Assembly: GCA_964384425.1 (NCBI GenBank)
Contig: CAYLKE010000004.1
Location: forward strand, 6,511 to 70,510
Length of the DNA stretch: 64,000 nucleotides
Direction: 5' to 3'
Source of the DNA: an uncultured Methanosarcinales archaeon
GTDB taxonomy: Archaea; Nanobdellota; Nanobdellia; Woesearchaeales; JAGLXL01
This document shows, one piece after another, positions 58,284-64,000 of the stretch; within the stretch, counting starts at the first letter, position 1; each line of letters begins with the position of its first letter. The notes under the pieces are model-generated. The model had not been told where the DNA came from. It did no database searches and saw only the letters and a program-made list of their open reading frames with translations. Made by a program: the position numbers and the translations under genes.

Positions 58284-58442
58284 TCTTTCTCCATAAAATA
58301 TAATAATTAAGTTAAACAGACTACCAACCTCTCCTATTTGTATTTACTATTTCAAAGTGGTTTATAAGTTTTTCTATTTTTTTACATAATTGATTAGGTA
58401 TAAATAATATATTATAGAATTTAATAATAAAAATAAAATTAG

Positions 58443-58976
58443 TTATCTTAAAAGATTTAATATTTCTTTAAAATCATCTTTTTTAGTTAAATCAATATTA
58501 TCAATACTCTTAGCTTCCTGTGTCATTAATTTCATTGATTGAATAATCTTTTTAATATCATCTAATGAAAAATCTTTTTCACCAATATAAGGACCTAATT
58601 TTTTTAGATCATTTTTAGAAAGATTATCCATATATTTTATCAATTTATTGAATCTTGATTCAATCCTTCCAGCTATTTTTATTATCTTGTTCTTGTCTTT
58701 TGTATTTTTTAAAAGTTCAAAGTCATTTTTATTTTCTTTTTTTATTTTTATTATTTCACTTAAAATATTTTTTTCTGTGTCTGTTATATTTTCTTTATCA
58801 ATCTTTTGAACTATTTTATTATTCAATTTATCAAATTCATTATTCACTTTTTCAACTTGTTTAGCAACAACTGGTTTAAGTTCATTATATTTGTCTTTTA
58901 TTTGTTGCTTTATACATCCTGTTGCTAGTGTAAATCCAATAAGTGCCATTCCGATAAGTCTTTTTATTTTATCCAT
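58443..58976 (-). CDS. Small lipoprotein with coiled-coil domain
   Basis: N-terminal LIGMALIGFTLATGC lipobox-like signal. Lies 10 nt downstream of the FlaJ-like gene. Confidence 0.55.
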   Translation of the reverse strand: MDKIKRLIGMALIGFTLATGCIKQQIKDKYNELKPVVAKQVEKVNNEFDKLNNKIVQKIDKENITDTEKNILSEIIKIKKENKNDFELLKNTKDKNKIIKIAGRIESRFNKLIKYMDNLSKNDLKKLGPYIGEKDFSLDDIKKIIQSMKLMTQEAKSIDNIDLTKKDDFKEILNLLR

Positions 58977-58986
58977 TTTCTCTCCC

Positions 58987-61170
58987 TTATGTCATAGTTC
59001 CTACCATTACATATCCTGCAATAGAATTAAATAATATCATAACAACCAGAGCTATTGCACAATACATAAGTGTACTATTTGTTAAATTTTTTCCAAGTTG
59101 ATATCTTTCCATTGTATCATCTTCTCCAAATTCAATACCATTACTTATGATTGTTAATATGAATATTAACTCAACAACATATATTCCAATAATTATTTGA
59201 AAATAATATATTGGAAGACCTGTTCCAAACATATCCACTATTCCTGTAAATTGAGATGCTTGTCCCTGAACTTGTCCACCACTAACTAATTTTGTAAGCT
59301 GTCCACTTAATCCTGCTAGTATTGTTGTAATCATTGATGTGATACCCACAACTATTCCTGATATTGCAGGTGTCATAAACTTTATCTGAGATTTCATTGA
59401 AGAAAGTGTTTCTCCTAATAAATCTCTTAATCTCTCATCAACTCTATGCATCTCTCTTATGTAACGAGACATTGAAAGTAATGCTTGTGCAGCTATCTTA
59501 GGACCTTTTTTAGAACTTTCAACAAGTATTTTCATTGAACTTTTAATTATCTCAGAAGGAAACATACTTAATGTTCCTGTTTCTTTATTAAATAGGGCTT
59601 CTTCTATACTCATGCCCATTTTTATCATGTTCTCTACAGTACGCTTAAAAAATTGTCCTGTTGTACTATCTCCTAATTCTGCTGCAACTTTCCTAAATGC
59701 AACTTCTACAGGTAGTCCATCTCCTAAACGATTACCTAATTGAAATAAAGCTGATGCAAATTCTTCTTCTAATTCTTTTGTTTTATCTCTTATTTTTATT
59801 ACATTTTTACTACTTAATTTATAATAAATACCTGCACTTATTCCTACTGCTAATGTTATGAATAAAGACATTATACCTGCTCCTAATCCAAATGGGCCTA
59901 TTTTTTCTGAAGCATCACATGCAATTTTTCCAGGAGGACAGATATAATTTAAGAACTTTGATGTTTCAGTTATTGCAATATCAAATGCAGGATCTAAAAA
60001 ATGAATAATCATTGGAAATAATCCTATTAATAGTAAACCCGCACCTATTAATATTGCAATATGTTTTGCCTTTATTGTTATTTCAGAAAATCCTAATTTT
60101 ATTGTAATACCTTTAATAATAGATTTTTTATTTTTTTCTTTTCCTCCTCCACTTGGACGTTTTTCAAGTATACGTCTTCCCATATAATAAACTCCTACAG
60201 GAAGAAGAATGTTGTATATTACAGCAATATAAAGAGCAATTCTTCCAGGAGAAAGTGATTCATCACTCATAAAACTTACAATTAAAGGCAACATGACTAA
60301 TCCTAAAATAGGAAGAATAACTCCTAACATATTTAACATAGTCATGGGAGTACCCATATTATGTGCATAATGAAGCATTTTTTCATATGTTTCAGAAAGA
60401 AGTACATCAAGAGATTTATCTAATAAATCAAGACGACGTGATTCAGATCCTTCATATAATGAACTTACAATAAGATGAAAAACTTCTATAAATTCTCTAT
60501 TAGTTTCTTTCCATCTTTCTAAATAATGATTAATTGATTCAGTTATATTTGAAAATTCTTGTGTTTCTACATCCCAAAGTATTTTTTTCATATCTAATGC
60601 AAGAGGAGGTTTAAGATGAATAGATGCAAACTCAATTGCTCTTTCAAGATTAGATGTATGTTTCATATATGTAACAATATAAAAAATACATAAAATCATT
60701 TGATTAGATGTACGCATTTTCCATTTAGTTGATAAAAAATCTGGAACTTTTTGAAGTATAAAAAATAAAACAGCTGCTACAATAAGAGATAGTAATAAAA
60801 GAAACATAGAGCCCAATAATCCAAAAGAAATAAATGCACCTAAAAAGAACACAATAATTGCTGTAATATAACTCAAAGATATTGCTCCTTGTGGAGTTAT
60901 ACCAAGATGAGCTTCTTCTATTCTTATATTTAAATTTTTTACTTGTTTATCAGTTATAGGAAATTTTATTTTTTCAGAATAATTACATGCTTTTTCATAA
61001 TAAGTTAATCTTTTAGACATAAATGATTTTTTGAAATTTTCATATTCAACAGTTATTGGACGTTTACTTTTTTCAAATTGTTCTATCTTTTTATCTGGAT
61101 TTGTACTTTTTTCTAACTCATTCTTTATTCTTTCCTTATACCTGCTGATTATTTTTTCTTCATCAGCCAT
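58987..61170 (-). CDS. FlaJ/TadC (GspF-like) polytopic membrane platform protein of a type IV pilus/archaellum-type system
   Basis: 727 aa with at least 9 hydrophobic helices and two soluble helical domains. 8-nt overlap with the upstream secretion ATPase gene, the gene order expected for FlaI-FlaJ. Confidence 0.55.
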   Translation of the reverse strand: MADEEKIISRYKERIKNELEKSTNPDKKIEQFEKSKRPITVEYENFKKSFMSKRLTYYEKACNYSEKIKFPITDKQVKNLNIRIEEAHLGITPQGAISLSYITAIIVFFLGAFISFGLLGSMFLLLLSLIVAAVLFFILQKVPDFLSTKWKMRTSNQMILCIFYIVTYMKHTSNLERAIEFASIHLKPPLALDMKKILWDVETQEFSNITESINHYLERWKETNREFIEVFHLIVSSLYEGSESRRLDLLDKSLDVLLSETYEKMLHYAHNMGTPMTMLNMLGVILPILGLVMLPLIVSFMSDESLSPGRIALYIAVIYNILLPVGVYYMGRRILEKRPSGGGKEKNKKSIIKGITIKLGFSEITIKAKHIAILIGAGLLLIGLFPMIIHFLDPAFDIAITETSKFLNYICPPGKIACDASEKIGPFGLGAGIMSLFITLAVGISAGIYYKLSSKNVIKIRDKTKELEEEFASALFQLGNRLGDGLPVEVAFRKVAAELGDSTTGQFFKRTVENMIKMGMSIEEALFNKETGTLSMFPSEIIKSSMKILVESSKKGPKIAAQALLSMSRYIREMHRVDERLRDLLGETLSSMKSQIKFMTPAISGIVVGITSMITTILAGLSGQLTKLVSGGQVQGQASQFTGIVDMFGTGLPIYYFQIIIGIYVVELIFILTIISNGIEFGEDDTMERYQLGKNLTNSTLMYCAIALVVMILFNSIAGYVMVGTMT

Positions 61171-64000
61171 ATTTCTTAGCCTCTTTTTTTATAAGTTCTT
61201 TATATTCAAAAAAAACTCTTTCATTATCTATAAATCCTTTATCTTTTTTAATTTTATCAATTGTTTTATGAAAATAATCATTGCATCTTAATACAAAATC
61301 TGCTTCAAGAAGATCAGGATTTTTTAATTTATCAGATAATTTAACTATTTCTTCTTTGCATTTTGCTCTCAATTGTATATTTTCCCATACTGCATTCCAG
61401 TTTCCTGCAAAATCAGATATATTCGATGCAATTAATTTAAGAACTTCTGAATCTCCTGATGATAGTTCGTCTGTAATTTCTAATTGGTCTGTAATAGAGT
61501 TGTATTTCATAAGATCAACAAAACCTTTCTCTCTCATAGGATCATCTGTCCATTTTTTTCTTACTTCTGTTATTTTAAGAACTCTTCTTTTTTTCTTAAG
61601 ACCTGCAGCACTCTTAACAGGATTAGATATTACAATTATATCTGTTGCTTTGAAAGAAGTTTTTGGAACACCAATATCATTAACAACTCTATCAAAAACA
61701 CCATAAGGTGAATCACCATGAATTGTTCCTGCAACTACATTTGCAGCTGCACCAACTCTCATTGCTTCATAAAGTGATTTCGCTTCACTGTTATGAAGAA
61801 GTATGCTTCCTGATCCGCCAATAAATCTTTGTGTTGATTTAACAGAAAGATCATAAACATATTCGGGCTTATGAAGATTTATTGTTTCTATTGATTTTAT
61901 TCTATCAATAAAAAAATCTCCGTGAGCAAAATCATATAATTCATCAGTACATTTTACTTCTTCTGTAAGTTTTTTTAGATAATTCTTTGAACAGCATTTT
62001 GTCTTTCTTAAATGTCTGTATTTTCTTGGAAGTACAACATTTTTTTCTAATTCTTTTGGGTTAAAGACAACAGAGTCATTTTTTGAATGTGAAAATGAAT
62101 TTGATATTATTTTTGGTTTTTTATGAGTAAATCCTATGTTTTCAAGAAAGTATTTTATATATTTTCTTAATTTTATCTCAGCAATATAATATTTCCTATT
62201 TTCTTTTTTATTGGGCATTCTTTCAATTAGTTTGCATACTATGCCTTGAGTTAATAGAGCATAATTCACATCTTCAACTAGTTTTTTAGAAGTTGAATAA
62301 TATCTTATTATATTACCGCACTTTTTTAGAGAAGAAATTGATCCATCTCCACTATACATTCCTTTTAGAAGAGCACATATTTTATTTTTATTTAATCCAT
62401 AAACAAATTCAGGTATTCTTTTATGCAGACTTGTTTTGCCACAACCAAAATACAATAAAAGATCTATTAATGGTTTTGACATTATAAATATCTGAACCGA
62501 AGAACCTAATCCTTTAATTTTTCTTTGTGATACTTGAAGACCTAATTCTTTCTGACAAATATATTTTATATCTTCAATAATCTTTGGTTTTGAATTTGTG
62601 ATTTGAATTTTATTATTGTCGATGTTACCTTCTGCGAGATAATATCCAATAAGTCTTAAAATATTTTCATTGATTGGAAATTTGGCAGGAATACTATTAG
62701 AAGTACCTCTTTTTATTCTTAAGTCCTCAAGATTGTATTTTATCTTTGCTCTTTTCATTAGTTTTAAAAATGATTTTATGGGGATTCTTGTTTTTTGTGT
62801 TGAAAGAAGATACCTATAAATATCTGGGATTTTGCATATTTTACTTGCTTTTTTCCAGTTAAGTATTTTTATTGCTTTCCTTATATATGGTTCTGCATTT
62901 TCAACACGATAATTTTCTTTGAATATTTCAAGAAGATTAATACTATCAAAATTTTTGAATCCACAAGGTATTTTTGAAGGTATTATTATTGGATCATCAG
63001 ACATTAATTGATTTGTATTTATAGCTGCTATTTTAAAATCTACATGAGTAAATACACTATGATCTGGTGTTACAATAACTGATCTTCCTGATTTAGTTGT
63101 AAGTTTTATTAATTTGCTGGATTTAGGGTGTTTTATAAATCCTGAAATTGGTTTCAATTCCATTTTATTTTCATTTGTCAATGTGGGAAGATAAACATTT
63201 TTTAGATCTTTTCCTTCTATGTTTTTAATTGCAGTTCTTCTAGTAATTCCTTTTTCAATTATCACAACTTCTTGATCTCCCCTTAAAGAGCTTCTAACTT
63301 CTCCTACAATTAATGCACTATCTCCTAAACGAAGAGTTGTTCTAATTCCTATTGTTGCAGAAACTTCACTACTTTCTTTTCCAGCAAGTGCTGATGCAAC
63401 TTTAAGTGGTTGTATGTTGTAACCTAATTTCATAAGGGAATCAGTTGGAAGTTCTAGAGTGTTATGTGCTAGGATATTATCTGAAATAAAATTTTCATTT
63501 TCTGGAACTGAAAAATCATAAACCCAATTTTGTTTATTTTTTAATTTTTTAATTGAAACAATTTCGTCCCAAAAAATATCTGAATTAGATATTTTTTTAA
63601 GATATTTACCTAACTCATTTTTTTTGTCTATCAGATAATCTGCAATCTTATCTAGTTTATTTATTCCAATTTTATTGTTTCTTGTAATGTAATCTTGACT
63701 ATTAAAGATTTTCTTAGGACAAATTGACTTTAATTTATTCAATATGGTTTTATCTAATTTAACACTATCTGAACTAGCATGAGTTGATTTTCTTTTTGAT
63801 AAAATATTTAATTTCTTATTTTTATACTCTTGTAAAAATCCAATATATTTTTTAAACTTATCAATACTTTCCTGAGAACTGATTCTTCCATCTTTAGTTC
63901 TGTCATTATCTTTTGATTTTCTTTTTCTTAGTCTATTTATCCTAAATATTATTCCCCAATTAAGTAAAAGTGTTTGAATATCTTCCAATAGATTCATTGA
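61163..64000 (-). CDS. FlaI/VirB11-family secretion ATPase (N-terminus beyond window) interrupted by two inteins
   Basis: The frame stays open to the window edge, so the M at 63997 is internal. Extein motifs: …RLGDSALIVGEVRS | SEAKSLYEAMRVGAAANVVAGTIHGDSPYGVFDRV (Walker B, then a His-box-like motif), plus a C-terminal domain. Confidence 0.7.
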   Translation of the reverse strand, partial: SMNLLEDIQTLLLNWGIIFRINRLRKRKSKDNDRTKDGRISSQESIDKFKKYIGFLQEYKNKKLNILSKRKSTHASSDSVKLDKTILNKLKSICPKKIFNSQDYITRNNKIGINKLDKIADYLIDKKNELGKYLKKISNSDIFWDEIVSIKKLKNKQNWVYDFSVPENENFISDNILAHNTLELPTDSLMKLGYNIQPLKVASALAGKESSEVSATIGIRTTLRLGDSALIVGEVRSSLRGDQEVVIIEKGITRRTAIKNIEGKDLKNVYLPTLTNENKMELKPISGFIKHPKSSKLIKLTTKSGRSVIVTPDHSVFTHVDFKIAAINTNQLMSDDPIIIPSKIPCGFKNFDSINLLEIFKENYRVENAEPYIRKAIKILNWKKASKICKIPDIYRYLLSTQKTRIPIKSFLKLMKRAKIKYNLEDLRIKRGTSNSIPAKFPINENILRLIGYYLAEGNIDNNKIQITNSKPKIIEDIKYICQKELGLQVSQRKIKGLGSSVQIFIMSKPLIDLLLYFGCGKTSLHKRIPEFVYGLNKNKICALLKGMYSGDGSISSLKKCGNIIRYYSTSKKLVEDVNYALLTQGIVCKLIERMPNKKENRKYYIAEIKLRKYIKYFLENIGFTHKKPKIISNSFSHSKNDSVVFNPKELEKNVVLPRKYRHLRKTKCCSKNYLKKLTEEVKCTDELYDFAHGDFFIDRIKSIETINLHKPEYVYDLSVKSTQRFIGGSGSILLHNSEAKSLYEAMRVGAAANVVAGTIHGDSPYGVFDRVVNDIGVPKTSFKATDIIVISNPVKSAAGLKKKRRVLKITEVRKKWTDDPMREKGFVDLMKYNSITDQLEITDELSSGDSEVLKLIASNISDFAGNWNAVWENIQLRAKCKEEIVKLSDKLKNPDLLEADFVLRCNDYFHKTIDKIKKDKGFIDNERVFFEYKELIKKEAKKYG
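61790..63289 (-). other. Intein 2 (500 aa) with LAGLIDADG homing-endonuclease domain, inserted after VGEVRS of the ATPase
   Basis: Block A SLRGDQEVVI; block B TPDHSVFT; LAGLIDADG motifs LIGYYLAEGNI and LLKGMYSGDGSI; C-terminal …VYDLSV…GSILLHN followed by +1 Ser. Confidence 0.7.
63461..64000 (-). other. C-terminal part of intein 1 (start lies beyond the window), ending …NWVYDFSVPENENFISDNILAHN with +1 Thr
   Basis: Intein blocks F/G (VYDFSV…ILAHN|T). The downstream extein resumes with TLEL…, as expected for an insertion right after the P-loop GKT. Confidence 0.5.

Overview
This 64-kb window is strongly AT-rich and reads as archaeal, most plausibly a DPANN-type symbiont. The archaeal call rests on FEN-1 with a C-terminal QxxLxxWF PCNA-binding motif, a ZPR1 zinc-finger protein, an archaeal-type peroxiredoxin with a C-terminal Cys pair, FlaI/FlaJ-like pilus machinery and KRG|Q class III signal peptides. 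Many genes carry GGAGG-type Shine-Dalgarno motifs, and many ORFs in the provided track begin at internal TTG codons rendered as M, so several starts were moved to the first ATG that follows a Shine-Dalgarno-like motif. Gene content splits into three blocks.

(i) 1-14.7 kb: a surface-protein island. It holds a partial gene, a 1201-aa protein, a 201-aa paralog and a 2927-aa giant, all densely packed with N-glycosylation sequons. The giant contains a ~3.9-kb internal tandem duplication and many Cys-flanked DxDxDG repeats. A ~0.5-kb G-poor A/C-rich degenerate repeat block follows it.

(ii) 15-28 kb: a housekeeping stretch. It encodes ThrRS, peroxiredoxin, endonuclease III, a Kv-like K+ channel, FEN-1, a Trm5-like methyltransferase, ZPR1, and DedA-like and GtrA-like membrane proteins. 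It is interrupted by an RHH/PIN cassette bracketed by a 31-bp duplication of the peroxiredoxin 3' end. A RelE/ParE-like pair lies at its 3' edge.

(iii) 28.7-64 kb: an accessory region. It begins with a histone-H1-like Lys-rich protein. Next is a tightly overlapping operon: a 628-aa class-III-signal-peptide (pilin-like) protein, a 1766-aa secreted giant, a membrane protein, an embedded MNT/HEPN pair and a secreted protein. Downstream lie a Fic protein and a Cas4-like Fe-S PD-(D/E)xK nuclease. These are followed by a Ser/Gly-repeat secreted protein paired with a 1417-aa membrane-anchored coiled-coil giant. Then come two paralogous lipoproteins, a second MNT/HEPN pair and an AAA+/DUF4143-type ATPase. 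The window ends with a minus-strand operon encoding a FlaI/VirB11-family ATPase, a FlaJ/TadC-like polytopic protein, lipoproteins and a large charged membrane protein. The ATPase is interrupted by two inteins; one is a complete 500-aa LAGLIDADG intein.

No rRNA or tRNA genes and no CRISPR array could be supported.
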